Positions 42,026 to 54,742 of a DNA stretch of 64,000 bases are shown here, piece after piece. Origin of the DNA: the human T2T-CHM13v2.0 reference genome, Homo sapiens; NCBI RefSeq assembly GCF_009914755.1, contig NC_060938.1; one strand, written 5' to 3'. A program made the position numbers and the translations under genes. Under the pieces are notes generated by a model. It was not told the origin of the DNA. It made no database searches and worked only from the letters and a program-made list of their open reading frames with translations. Positions within the stretch are counted from its first letter, which is position 1. Every line of letters begins with the position of its first letter.

Positions 42026-42619
42026 CGCTTTCCTCCAAGGCTGGATTAGGGGAGGCACAAGAAGAAAGTAAGCTCTTTCTCTCAGATACATGTCTCCTTA
42101 AATGCCCTGCCCTGAGTGTGCTGCTCGGCCAGAGCTCCTCCTGCTGTGGCTCTTGGCACAAGGTCTTTTTATTGAAGGCTTGCATGGAAGACAACAGAAC
42201 ACCAATCTCCATCAGCCTGTAGCTTTTCTTAAAGACCAAGTAATAAAATACTTGAATTCAATAAATCTTCCTCACAGGAAAATCTCAGATACCTCCACCC
42301 ACCTAAAACTCAAATAAGGCAAGTTCACCAACTCTCTGTTTGTTTCCTTATAGATATTTCTAGAATAGAGTTTAATGAGCATCATAATATCTCACATGTA
42401 TTTTCAAGCAAACGGAACTTTACATCACAAATACACTTGGAGGGTCAATAAGAACGATCACTTATGAGGATGGAAATTTCTCCATGTAAAAACTTAACAG
42501 CAAATCCTATCTTGCAACAGCGCATCTCTTCCCAGAACCACACGTACACTCTCCTGGTGCTCCCCACAATGGGAGACACAAAGTAAGATGCCTTCAGGAT
42601 GAACGACAAGATGTGAACC
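42026..42619 (-). pseudogene. FERM module 5, F1-F2 exon
   Basis: tttcctgtaacttcAG / G|GTGGGT. Reads ILLCVSHCGEHQESVRVVLG../VCLKIHVRYY/TNRELVNLPYL/SCEEDLLN..LQADGD. Confidence 0.6.
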
Positions 42620-42723
42620 CTGAAGTTACAGGAAACAGAGAATTGCAGGGCAGCAGGGGATGTGACAGCACTCATCCCTCTGAAAGTTATTTAAATTTTC
42701 TCTTTTTGAAAATTGTATTAATA

Positions 42724-42988
42724 ATTTTTTTTTGAAACACAGTCTCACTCTGTTGCCCAGGCTGGAATGGAGTGGTGTGAGCTTGGCTCATTGTAGCCTT
42801 GGCTTCCTGGGCTCAATCGATCCTCCTGCCTCAGCCTTCTGAGTAGATGGGACCACAGGCGCATGCCACTACATCTAGATAATTTTTGTAGTTTTTGTAG
42901 ACATGGGGTTTTGCCATGTTGCCCAGGCTGGTCTCCAACTCCTGAGCTCAAATGATCCACCCACAGGTGTGAGCCACTGTCCCTGGCC
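42724..42988 (-). mobile_element. AluJ
   Basis: Alu with an internal deletion. Confidence 0.85.
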
Positions 42989-43593
42989 TCTTCCCCTCTG
43001 CCCCAAATTAAAGGGCTATGACGCGCCCCAACACACACACACACATTTATGGCCTAAATTCTTGCCATCGCCTGCACACTTCATGAGGCGAAATAGTAGG
43101 AAAGCCCCTACTCCTTACCCTGATATCATCTGCCCTCTGAGCTCCATGAGAATAAGAACCTGTGTCTCAGTTCATGATTGCCTCTCTGATGGCTCCCAGG
43201 CACAGTGCCTGGTGACACAGGAAGCACCCAGTCATTTTGTTGAGGAAGCCAGGGAAGGACTGATGTAAGAGGAGTGAGCTCCCTTACCTGCGCACAGTGC
43301 TATGTTAGTACAAGCCATGACCTCGTCCTCGAATGCCTCCCTCACCCACTGGCAAACTGCGGTTCATCCTTCCCTATGTGCCTGTATCTAGCTGCCCACT
43401 GCAGCCTTCCCACGCATCCTGGGCAAGCCTCCCAAGTGGCCACCTCCATGCCATTCTGCACTCTACGTGTCCTCTGTCAACACAATGACCACTGCCCCAG
43501 AGTGGTTTCTGTAGACACCTGGCTCATGTCCTCCATCAGCCACCCCATCCCCCACCAAACGCTGCATCCCACCTCAGGGTTTATCTCTGCTAC

Positions 43594-44010
43594 CATCTGG
43601 GTCTCCATGCAAGGTGTTGCTCAGCCGAGGCTCTTTCCACTCCGGCTCTGACACTGTTTGTCCTCCGTAATCCCCCCTAACGCTGCTCCATCAGGGTGGC
43701 TCAACAGCTGGGTGCGGTGCACTGGGGTGATCATGGTCTTTGTTTCACAGCAGTGGATTTGGGGAGGTGGTTCTAAAAGGCTGACAGCTTTTGCAACACC
43801 ATGCTTAGCTCCTAAGTGCTGCAGACAAGAGATGCAAATCCAGCCACCAAAAGCAACAATTGAGCCCCTGTGAAAAAAGTACTACTTTTGGAGCTCACCC
43901 CCTTATCAGGCTCCAACATCGGTTTTGGTGATAATAAGAAGTCCAGTCACCCACGACACACACAAAGAAAGCCTCATCACATTGCAGCCGTCCTGAAAGA
44001 TGCTTTCTTG
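43594..44010 (-). pseudogene. FERM module 4, F3 remnant
   Basis: Reads QESIFQDGCNVMRL..VTGLLIITKTDVGA**/KVVLFSQGLN, comparable to talin VPRLLGITKECV. Confidence 0.5.
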
Positions 44011-44014
44011 GGGG

Positions 44015-44620
44015 CAGTCATTCATTCACTTGAGGGAGTATTTCTGGGGGCCCTACCGTGGGCAGGCAGTGTTCTAGGGGCAGGGCCTTTGGTGAACAAT
44101 TTAGACAAACTCTCTGCTTTTGTAGAGAGAGTGAGCAGGATGGGCGATCAACAGAACCAAAATGTTGTATAATGAAGTCAGCTAGTGAAGAATTCGGGGC
44201 AGAAAAATAAAGCAGCTTTAGGGTATGGTGAGGTACAGGAGCATCTGCCTTAGCTAGGCCCAGCTGGGTGGGCCCCTCTAAGGTGCTGACATTTAGCAGC
44301 AACTGGGTAAGTGTAAGGGTGAGCCATGAGGCCACTGGAGTCAGGCATCCCAGGCAGGGTCAAGGGCAAGGGCAAGTGGGGCGGTGTTTGGCCTACTTGA
44401 AGAGCAAGGGGGCTGGGGCCTTGAATGAACAGGGGAAGGGGCAGTGAAAAGGGTTTGGGTTTTCACCAAAAAGGAAGCAGAGGAGTCTGAACACCAGGGC
44501 CTTGAGAACCACCATGATGGTGATTCTGCTTCTACTTGGAGATGGGAGAGTTATAAGCAAGGAATGATGTGATTTAACTTACACTTTTGGAGTATCGCTC
44601 AGTTGCGGTGGAAAAGTCTT
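44015..44620 (-). mobile_element. L2 3' portion
   Basis: tcattcattca tail and L2 body. Confidence 0.7.
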
Positions 44621-44629
44621 GGAAACCAG

Positions 44630-45499
44630 GCCCGGCTGAGCCTAAAATCCCAGCGACATCACTGCTTCACTGCATTCAAAAGAGAGGTCTTTATGAGCTG
44701 CCATGCGAATTTCATACCTGCTGTAGTACACAGGTATCTTGCCTAGTGGACCACAACAAACACTGATTTCCTTCCTAAAGTGTATTTCCAAATCCACGTC
44801 TCTCTTCTCCCAGCATAGGGACAGTGAGACAATTTGGAGGTGTGTCCCCTCCAAATTTCATGTCGAAATGTAATCCCCAATGCTGGAGGTGGGGCCCGGT
44901 GGTGGGGCCTTGATGGGATCACAGGGGCCAGTCCCTCATGAATAGCTTAGCATCATCCTCTTGGTGATGAGTGAATTCTCATTCAGTTCCTTAATGGGAG
45001 ATCTGGTTGTTTAAAAGTCTGAGACCTCCCTCTTCTCTGTCTCTTGCTCCCACTCTCACTATGAGACACACCAGCTTTCCTTCCCTTCTGCTAAGATTGG
45101 AAGCTTCCTGAGGCCCTTACCAGGAGCAGATGCCGACACCACACTTTCTGTACAGCCTGCAGAATCGGGGGCCAAAATAAAACTTCTTTTCATTATAAAT
45201 TACCCAGTCTCAGGTATTCCTTTATAGCAATGCACAAAATGGCCTAATATGTGCAGCAAAGAGTGTGGTGAAAATAGCCTTTCCTTCGAAGGGGATAGTC
45301 ATTTCTATGTGTGCTGCCTAAACCCCGATATTCAACATGCAGTGCATACGCTCTCTGGGTCCATCATATACCATGGCAGAGACCATTTAAACTCATGCCG
45401 TATCATATGAGTTTAAATGTCCATACAGTTCAATGCAGATACACTGAGATCTTCTGAGAGTAATTTTCCTGGACGCAGGATGCAAGACTCATGCACTTA
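44630..45499 (-). pseudogene. FERM module 4, F1-F2 exon, split by an MSTB LTR
   Basis: Reads QKISVYLH*TVWTFKL..LCHGI*WTQRAYALHVEYRG..DYPLRRKGYF [MSTB] EKRDVDLEIHFRKEIS..FECSEAVMSLGF, comparable to myosin-VII LFFRKEVF. Confidence 0.6.
44825..45251 (+). mobile_element. MSTB MaLR LTR
   Basis: Typical MSTB body ending tacccagtctcaggtattcctttatagcaatgc. Confidence 0.85.
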
Positions 45500-45610
45500 C
45501 TCAATTAAAAACAACAACCAAAAAAACAGCATATATGTTCAGATAATGCAGGTTATCTCTGTTTCCTGTGGCTTCTCCGAATAAAAGTTTTGGTTAAGAC
45601 AGACTCATAC

Positions 45611-46030
45611 CCTGGAACAGAGGCCAGGTGCACTTGCCTTAGGATGCTGGCAAAGCTCACGCCTCTTGTTCTATCAGGTCCTGTTTCAGAAATTGCCTTT
45701 GCAAGTCTAACACATTTAATTGAGAGGGGGGTATTCAAAAAGATTACGGAGGAAGGTGGGGCATTTGTCCAATCAGTTCCACTTCCAGGGGCCCTTCACT
45801 GTTCTTGGAGGAGAGCCAGGCCTGTAGCTGGGGTATTTGCATCTGTTTATCCTTAGTCAAATGCCTTTTGTCTAAGCCATTGACTTTGGAGCAAAAATGT
45901 ATGGACCTCCACAGACCATTCTCAAACTTGGGATAAAAGAAACTCATTTTTTTTTTCCTCAAAGAATGAACTTAGAAGATCCACCTCCTCCCTCATCCCT
46001 TTTGCCAGAGATGCCCATTGGAGGCTATTG
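45611..46030 (-). pseudogene. F3 terminal helix plus linker exon remnant
   Basis: cccctctttttAG acceptor, phase 1 (Q|AIAS). Candidate donor CAGG|GTATGA. Confidence 0.45.
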
Positions 46031-46534
46031 CTAAAAAGAGGGGCCCAATTCAACAGAAGTGTCTAGTTCAAGTCACACACAAGCTCAGACTGCCTTTTGG
46101 AGGGAGCGTTATCAATAGTTTGTTCAACAGCTGCTAACCTCATTGCATCATGGGACTTGAACTTGCCGGTGTGACAGGCAAGTTGGGAATCTAAAAACTC
46201 CAGTGCCTTCTACACAGCGTCACCACAGCTACTATTTATTGGATGCCCACTACATGTTAGTTGCTCTCTGTGAATTTTGTACAAGCCCAGAAATAATCCT
46301 ACAAGGATTTTTATCCTTATGAGTAAACTGAGGCTCAAAGGAGCTATGTAACTGGCCCAGGATCACAGCCAGCACATTCCCAAGCCAAGGCTTGTACCCA
46401 GGACACCTGTGCCCCCTCTGCTTTTATCCGCCTGTCACATGAAGCACTTGCTGGGCACCTCCTCTTTTCCAGGCACTGTGCCACCTGCCAGAGCATCCAA
46501 GAATAACCAGACAGGCCAGAACTCTCTGAAAGCT

Positions 46535-46980
46535 CAGGCTTGGTTTGAGTTCTTACAGAAGCAGGACTTGGGACAATGATTGGTGAGCAAGGTGTTTATT
46601 TGGAAGGTGATTCCAGAAAGCACTAGTGAGGGAGTTGAGACAAGAGACAGAGATGGGAAATTTGTAAAAAAGGGTTGCACCACCAAGCAAAATACTTTGG
46701 AGGGCAATAAGCTCAGTCTTAGGAACTCTGGGAGGTGATATTCTATACCCTCAAATCAGGTACTAGGGAGCTAGGGTATTTAGTCACCAATGTGCCACCC
46801 ATGAGTGGTTGATGGTTTTTTCCAAGGCCATTGAGTATAAAGCATTTTTGTCTCCCCATGCCTGTAGGCAGATAGTGTTCTTTCTTTCAAGAAAAAGAGT
46901 CCTCAGACAGACATTAACTGCAAATGGGCAAAGGAAGGCAAAGAACTGGCATTTTTTGAGCATCTCCCACACATCAGGCA
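46535..46980 (-). mobile_element. LTR16C-like ERVL LTR
   Basis: cagaagcag...tttatttggaaggtgattccag. Confidence 0.65.
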
Positions 46981-47361
46981 CAGGACATCTATTTACCTAC
47001 CTCATAGAGAGACAGGCAGCATGTATTTACAATAATGAGTGCAGATATCTGGAGTCCACATTTATAAGCTGTAGGATCTTGAACAAATTGCTAAACCTAA
47101 TGTCTGCCGCAAGAAGGGAATGGTGATAATGCCCACCACAAAGAAGAAATCACGGATTGAAAGAGATTATGTGTGTAATGCAGTCAGAGTAATATCTACG
47201 ACCTAGCGAGTTCTCAAAAACGGTTTACATATTTGTAAGCCCTAGTATCCTTAGCTCATTAAATCCCTACAATGACCTGTGATGAAACAGAGTCCCATGG
47301 AGGCTAAACAATGTGCCTAATATCCTCAAGGCATCTAAAAGCAGAACTAAGCAGTGATCCA

Positions 47362-47747
<386 letters not shown>

Positions 47748-47803
47748 CTATGTGTGCCTTCTCCCGACTCCAAGGAGTGCATGACTCAGAGTAAGCTCCT
47801 TAC

Positions 47804-48210
47804 CCTGCTAGCTAGCATCTCTATTGGAAGTGGTGAACTTCATAGCTGAGCTCCCTTCCAGATTTATAATATATCCATTCCCCCAAGTGCTTGACATGGA
47901 TGTGTTAGAGAGTTGAAGACACTCTTTAATGTTCAATATTTCTGTGATTAACGTTTTATTGGACGGTGGGCAATGGAAATGCTATCCCCGCACAAGAGAA
48001 TTCAAATAGGGGACATTGTCTGTTGCATAAAACCTCCATTTAAAGATTTTTTTTAAATGTTTTAAAAGTGACTTTGGAAGGAAGCTTCAACCTGAGGAGA
48101 AGGATCAAAAGTAAAATTGATGGCTTCAGGATGGAATTTTTCCCTTCAGTAACTTAGCCATCCTGATAGAGATAATGCTGTCCACCTGTCAAGGCGAGGC
48201 GGCAGGCTCA
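47804..48210 (-). pseudogene. FERM module 3, F3 exon
   Basis: tctttctctgcAG / CAGG|GTAAGG. Reads EGKNSILKPSILL..KIFKWRFYA..GYIINLEGSSAMKFTTSN. Confidence 0.6.
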
Positions 48211-49115
48211 CTGCAGAGAAAGACAGCAAGGACCTTCAGAGCCTGCTCAACTCCAGAAGCTTGTTAAGGGGCTGGGAGAGAAAGAGCAATTGCCCTCCCT
48301 CTTGTCCTTCCCCTGTCCTCTTTCTCCAAGCCTGAGAGAGGACTGCAAGGCCACTGGTCCCCAGAAAGCTGATGAGGATGAGTGGCTCACGGTTCTGTGT
48401 GGCTTGTTAATCACACCAGCTAGCAGTCCTCTTCCTATGTGCCTGCCACTGTGCAAAGCTCTTTACTTCAATTAACTGAAGCTTCCCTGTGACCCCTTGA
48501 TATTAATATCAACATCCTTATTTTACAGATGAGGAAAGTGAAACCCCAAGACCTCAGTCTTACTAACCCCCAGACCTCAGTCTTACTAATCCAGTTACTC
48601 AATCAAGACCTGGCACACTGAGACAGTCTGAGCCCTGAATCACCATGCCACACTCTCCACATTCCTCATCTCCTGTGACCCTCACCACAGCGCTGCTAGA
48701 TGAGTTTTTGGCTCATTTCAGACTAAGGTGATCAAGAGCCAGAGAGAAGTAGTGGCTTGTTCAAGGTCACACAGCCAGTGCATGGCACAGCTGGATCCTG
48801 AACCCTAGCGGCCTGACTGCAGACTACGTCACAACTGGTGGACATAAGGGAGGACGTTTAGCTGATTTTTCTCCTTAATGGTTCGCTTAGTTACTGAATA
48901 AGGTATTCCAGTAGTTTTTTGCTATAATTAGCTTTTTATGTTTTATGCTACAGTGCTAATAAGAGTAGTTTAAATAGATTTGAAAGTTGTATTAATTCCA
49001 CTCTTTTTCTTTTAAAAAAAATGGAGCTAAAAATTAAGTCACCTTGAGAGAAATTGATATTATCATTGTTACACATAGCAGGTATAAACAAATCTGTATG
49101 TATGCCTAAACTTAC

Positions 49116-49583
49116 CCATAGGTATTGCTACAGATATGTTTTATATCTATAAATATGTGACATATGTGCAGTTAATACATGTCCATGCATATCTCCTTTT
49201 ACTGCTTAAAATTATTAACCCTTTTCAAATAAACTGACCCCTGATGCGAATCCTCCTCACCATAGAGTTGCTCACAAAAGAAGCAACTTGGTTACAAAGC
49301 AACACCTGAAGTTCAAAGTTTTGCCCCTGTGACTTTTAATTCAGAGCCCGTTGTTGAAACCACTATTCATCTTCTTTGTCCGCAGCATCTTTATGCTGTG
49401 GTCCATCTTTCCCCATAGGCCAACGCACATACTTCTCATTAAACCTCAAGGTCAGCTGGAGCTGCCTGCCTCTCTCTTAGAAAGGCCATCAGGATCCCCA
49501 AAGTGAACGTTACACATGCCACAGAGCTCGAGTTTTCTGTCCAGCCACCCCAAACGCAGTGCATAGGAATCTGGCCATTTTTG
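49116..49583 (-). pseudogene. FERM module 3, F1-F2 exon
   Basis: Reads QKWPDSYALRLGWLDRKLELC../QLTLRFNEKYV..EDE*WFQQ..CNQVASF/CEQLYGEEDSH../HIYRY/IKHICSNTYG. Donor GG|GTAAGT. Confidence 0.75.
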
Positions 49584-50054
49584 CTTGATATGGTGACAGA
49601 GAAAGAAAATGTGAAATTTATTATATAGTTTTATTTATACCTCCATTATATTCTACAAAATATCAAAGGTGGTATAAGCAAGATGTAGACCTAGATGGCT
49701 AATATATCTTCTTTGTTCCAGAGGGTTTTATATTTCATTTATTTTCAAACTGAACATGATCAGGTCATTATATAAATAATAAAGATGTGTTGTATCATTT
49801 ATTTGAAGAATAACTGATCTGTGATCATTTTGGTATTGATTAAATTAATAGAATAAGCACTTACGTACCTTACTACAAACCTGTATATTAAAAATATGCC
49901 TTAAAATATAAGCCAGGGTCTGGAAAAAGGTTTGATCTGGAGTAGTGGGAGTGAGCTCATTTGACCTCAGCTTTGCTTCCCAAACTAGAAGACACTGAGA
50001 ACAGGCTACTGGCCTCAGGGTCTCTGTTCTTTTTCAAACAGCAAGTTGGCCTAC

Positions 50055-50405
50055 CATTCTTACTAAATCATTGCCATTCCCTTTGAAACCCAAGCTGATA
50101 TATCGATGACCTTGCACCAAGTAATAAGTTCAATTATATTTTCCACTTGTAATTTCACATCTACATCCAAAAAAGGCTCAGTCCCTTTCTTTTTATTACA
50201 ATTTATATTTCTTAGTATGTTTGGACTGATTTTAGGCAGATTCATTGTTAGTTTTTATTCTTGTTTTCCAAGTGTGAGAAGAATGACTAATTTTAGTGGT
50301 TGGCCTCCTCTCTTCCTCAAAGTCTTCAGTTGAGTTAATGTTTGCTTTGTCTTAAAGCTACTAGTTTCATTCATTCCCTTTGAATCCATTGATTCAGAGA
50401 TGTTG
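50055..50405 (-). pseudogene. Linker plus FERM module 3 F1 start
   Basis: Long frame with one stop: ...NILRNINCNKKKGTEPFLDVDVKLQVENIIELI. Donor ATG|GTAGGC. Confidence 0.55.
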
Positions 50406-50409
50406 CACA

Positions 50410-50550
50410 ATGTAAGTAATATGATCATTACATCACATCCCTTTTTTTTCAGATGGTGTATCTGAAAACCAGAGATGGAGAGTGGATAAGCCAAGGTCAC
50501 ACAGCAAATTCATGGCAGAGCTGGGACTAGATCCATGGGATCTTAGACTG
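50410..50550 (-). mobile_element. MIR
   Basis: ccaaggtcacacagc core. Confidence 0.7.
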
Positions 50551-50559
50551 GGATGATCT

Positions 50560-50790
50560 TCTATTTTGTGTAGAGTGTCTCTGTAAGAGGGTGGTGTTGG
50601 ATGTATCTGCCTGTCCATTCCCATTTTTGGCCATGGTCCATATTGCCCAGGGTGACTATCTACTCTTTCACCCCCTAAAACTTTATACATGATGAGCTTC
50701 TCCAGCTAACCATTGCAAACACTGCTCTAGTGTTTCATTACCATTCCATTTCCACAATGTTTATATCTAGAGGAGCTACCAAACCTAGAC
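50560..50790 (-). pseudogene. FERM module 2, F3 (PTB-like) remnant
   Basis: Reads PLDINIVEMEW**NTRAVFAMVSW...IVTLGNM. Bounds approximate. Confidence 0.45.
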
Positions 50791-51052
50791 TTCATCTTAG
50801 AGTAGAGTTTACACTTTGTGTCATGCATCTTACCAGGGATGAGATTAACCTGGGTGTGGCTCAGATAAGAAGGTTAAAATAATTACAAAATGAAAAATTG
50901 AGCATTGGCCTATTGAGCATTGTCTTCAAATATCTGAAGTGCAGGTTGTGGTGTACATGAGGAATCAGAATTGTCTGCACAGAGTAAAGCTAGAATCATT
51001 CAAGTGGCCAGTCCATTTATATACTAATTGAAGACCTTTCTGGAAATGACAA

Positions 51053-51417
51053 TGCATTAGTTCATTCTCACACTGCTATGAAGAAATACCTGACACTGGG
51101 TAATTTATAAAGAAAAGAGGTTTAGTTGACTCATAGCTCCGCATAGCTGGGGAGGCCTCAGGAAACTTACAATCATGGCAGAACACACCTCTTCACAGGG
51201 CGGCAGGAGACAGAATAAGCGCAAGCAGGGGAAATGCCCGATGCTTAAAAAAACCATCAGATCTGTTGATGATAATGAGACTCACTCATTATCATGAGAA
51301 GAGCATGAAAGAAACTGCCACCATGATTAAATTACCTCCCCCTGGTTCCACCTTTGACATGTGGGAATTACAATTCAAGGTGAGATTTGAGTGGGCACAC
51401 AGAGCCAAACCATATCA
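51053..51417 (-). mobile_element. THE1D solo LTR
   Basis: Ends ...aaaccatatca, perfect TSD GACAA. Confidence 0.9.
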
Positions 51418-51586
51418 GACAAGTAGGCCAAAAAATAGATGTCTCGTCTTGTGAAAGAGTTGCCCAACCCAAGTGCAAGACAGCCCATTCTATCACAGCA
51501 CTCAGGGCAGACTTGAGTTCATGTCTTAGCTCCAACTGAAAAACCATGAGACTTTTTAGCTGCATAAAACAGTGAACATGCTGGAG

Positions 51587-51785
51587 ATAATGATGATGAT
51601 GATGATGATGATAATGATGGTGAGGATAATGATGATGGTGGTGATGATGATGGTGATGATGATGATGGTGATATTGGTGATGATGATAATAGTAATGGTG
51701 ATGATGATAATAGCAATGACAACGGTGATGATAGTGATGGTAATGATGATGAAGATGACAATAATGAGAAAAATGGTGATGAGGA
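51587..51785 (+). repeat. Degenerate (GAT/GGT)n trinucleotide repeat
   Basis: Directly visible. Confidence 0.95.
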
Positions 51786-52287
51786 AGGCAAGAGTGGATA
51801 ATAATGTAAACACAGGCTGCTTCTCTCAAAAATGTTGAGTAAGAGATCCTCACACTGGATGGGAAGTGGAGGAGCCAGGTGACTTCAAAGATTTTCCACT
51901 TCCCCTATGAGTCTATGACTCTTAAGTAGTTAAATAAAAACAACAAAGCTTTAGCATTAGAGCAATAACAGGTCAAATCCAGTAGGTATGAAATATACAA
52001 CCTTGTATCTGTCAGATTATGTATATTCTTAAGGCCTTTTATTCTTAACCCTAGAATATGGTGATAAAATATCTATCATGCAAAATGGTAGACAGAATTA
52101 ATGTGTTTTAATTTTGTAAAATACCTTGTTACAACTCCAGACATGTGAGAGTCACTGAATGAATGTTCATTTATGTTCTATGAATGGTGAAAGAAGTGGC
52201 AGATGTTGATCTAGAATACTGGCAACCAAAAAGCCAGAATGACTGGACTGACATTTTCAGGGACTTTTTGAGAGCCATGTTCAGTAC

Positions 52288-52455
52288 CTATGCCTTGTGC
52301 CTTCAGAAAACTGAATAATAGAGACCATCCCTATGTTGTCCTGGCAAGATGCCAGGTAAGCTTAGGTCCATCACCCCTCTCATTAAGCTTGTACTTCACT
52401 CTTCTATTAAGTCTTTCCAGACATTTTCCAATTTTTTCCAAAGTTGAATTCCAAC
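52288..52455 (-). pseudogene. FERM module 2, F2-end exon remnant
   Basis: Reads KLENVWKDLIEE*STSLMRG/AYLASCQD/DGLYYSVF. Donor TAG|GTACTG. Confidence 0.6.
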
Positions 52456-52464
52456 CAGGCTGCT

Positions 52465-52640
52465 CACTCATTCATTTGTTCAGCACATCCTTATTCATCA
52501 CTTACCATGAGCTAAGCTCTGTTCAGCATGAAGTGGACAGGACTAAGCCCTGATCTAGCTCTGGGGATGGGATGGAGGAGACAGGCATGTATGTTAAGAT
52601 CTGAAACTGAGATGTACACAGAATGCAAGGATGGTGTGGT
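52465..52640 (-). mobile_element. L2 3' fragment
   Basis: cactcattcatttgttcagca tail. Confidence 0.6.
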
Positions 52641-53049
52641 GCACAGCCTGCTGAATTCTGCCTGGGGCCACAGGTGGGGGTGGGGGTGCTTCCAGGAAGA
52701 TTGAGAGGTGGATTCAGGAGAACTGCTGAGTGAAGGGGTAAGTACCATAGAATAAGAGTAACAATTGTAAGAACTGTGGATTCTTTGTGCAATCAATAAA
52801 TCTTTAATGAAGACCTCTTATGGGGCAGTTTCTGTGTTAAGCATCCGGGATGCAGTAGGAGCAAGAGATGCACCATTCCAGCTCCCCACTGTTTCTAAGA
52901 GAGGAAGCAGAAAAGTGAAATGTGGAGAGGTATGTAGGTGGGAGAGAGGATGGGTGGTTATACATGACAAGAAGCTAATAAAATGAAGAAGTAATATAAC
53001 ATATGAGGAAATGAAGATAATGAAGGAGGGCAAGGATGCAGAGAGGCAG

Positions 53050-53212
53050 GAGTGGAGGTGGCATCATAGGGAATCATCAGGGAGGCCTCTGTGCCCCTGC
53101 TTGCCATGGAGAAATTGTGAGCCATGACCCACACAAAGCCCCAGGCAGCTTTTTTCTGGCACATACCAAAGACCCATCAGAGGTAGTTCCCTTTGGCTAC
53201 TCTGCCCGCATT
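53050..53212 (-). pseudogene. FERM module 2, F2 exon remnant
   Basis: tttctgtgtccAG acceptor. Reads NAGRVAKGNYL*...KKAAWG/LCVGHG and continues FYYQ in phase 0. Lower bound approximate. Confidence 0.6.
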
Positions 53213-53543
53213 CTGGACACAGAAATTTAAGGATATGGGAGTGATTATTCTCTAATCACTGATATCTGAGTTCTCCAGACATCTGATGAGGTGATGTGTG
53301 TGTGAGGGAGGGAAGGGAACTAAAATTCTTGCAGGTGTATATGCAGCAGGTGGTCTGCAGGGTGCTTTGCTCACACCTTCTGAACTTCCTGTCACTCTCC
53401 TGACCCCATGGGGGTACACTGGTTTTATCTCCCTGACACAGGGAAATTCTCAACCATCCTACTTGCATTTTGGCTTGCTCACCATTTAATGTCCAGTCTG
53501 TAGCACACAGCCTACCACATAGAAATATGTAATGATAATTGAA

Positions 53544-53586
53544 TGGATGGATGGATGGATGGATGGATGGATGGATGGATGGATGG
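53544..53586 (+). repeat. (GGAT)n microsatellite
   Basis: Directly visible, at an L2 tail. Confidence 0.95.
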
Positions 53587-53772
53587 AAGAATATTATAAT
53601 GGGAATAGATTATTCCTGTTTTTCAGATGAAGAGAGCTCAGAGACGTTGTGTGACTAGTATGCAACCATGGACCAAGAAATCTGCAGAGGTGGAGTCAAT
53701 AGACAAGTTATTTATTCATTTAATACTCCCTCTCACAGGCTTTGTTAATAGTGCTGCCCACTCTTCTGTCAG

Positions 53773-53878
53773 CTGGTAATAAAAAGACAGATAAGGCTTC
53801 CCACTGTCTTTAAGACACTTATCATGTGGAGAAATGAATCGGCTGGCAAATTTCAGAGTCCAAATTTTAGTAATTTTC
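53773..53878 (-). pseudogene. FERM module 2, F1/F2 junction exon
   Basis: Reads RKITKIWTLKFASRFISPHDKCLKDSGKPYLSFYYQ, resembling band-4.1 WxFxFxVKFYPPDP..L.ED..RY..xLQ. Donor appears mutated (CAG|CTGACA). Confidence 0.7.
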
Positions 53879-54742
53879 CTAGTACATAAGATGAATTTGT
53901 GGAAGTTACAAGAATAAAGGTTTTGGTGAACACATAAAGAAGATGATTTTGACATTTCTCTTTCAATGCATGCTTGTTCTGTTGTTGGTGAGTTCCTCTT
54001 CTCTGGGAATATTCAAGGTGAGGCTGAATGATCCCTGGTCAGACCCAAGAGAGAGGGGACTCAAGCTCAGGGTAGCCTGTTAGATTGGGTGGGCAGTCAA
54101 GGGTAGGTCTCTGCCACCCCCAGGAGTCAAATGCAGTGCAAACCTGCATACCATTTCCCCATTCCCAGTGTGGCCGCTGGCATGGGGTCCTTGCTCTGAT
54201 GGGCACTGAATATCTGAGCAGACCACTTTCTGAGCAAGCCCAGGGACTTCTGTATCTCCATGAATGGGCACCCTCACCTAGAAAGAGCAGTCAGGGAGCA
54301 ATCTGGGACTGGGAGATTTCCAGCGTCACTGCAGCACACTCTCACTTTTTCCCTTGAGTGCAAAAATGCACAGGAACCCACGGAGACTTAGTGAGACTCT
54401 AAGTAGAACTTAGAGGTGTTGAGGACAACTTCTGTACACTTCATTCTAGAGAAAGAGCAAAAATCAGAAAAGCCCTCTGAAGGCCTCCAATTTCTCTGGT
54501 CCCACAGCCAGAAGAACACAGGGGCTGAAGCCAACACCTCCCGTGTGGGATGCCTGCTTCCTATCTCTCCAAAAGGTGACCCTTTAGTCCAGAATACCTG
54601 AACCACGGCTAGCATTCACGGTGTGCTTCCTCTAGGTCCACTGCAGACCAGGTGCTTTGGAAACATGAGCAAATGTTCTTCAAACAAATGGGAAGGTTGA
54701 TCCTCATTTCACAGAAGAAACAACAGGTTCCACGAGGTGGGG

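Noticed and set aside
49520-49580. TSP1-like HCVWGGWTE motif
   Set aside because: Lacks the remaining Trp and Cys residues. Another frame fits FERM F1 in context.
51368-51853. Poly-His, Ser, Ile and Met ORFs
   Set aside because: Translations of a (GAT)n repeat.
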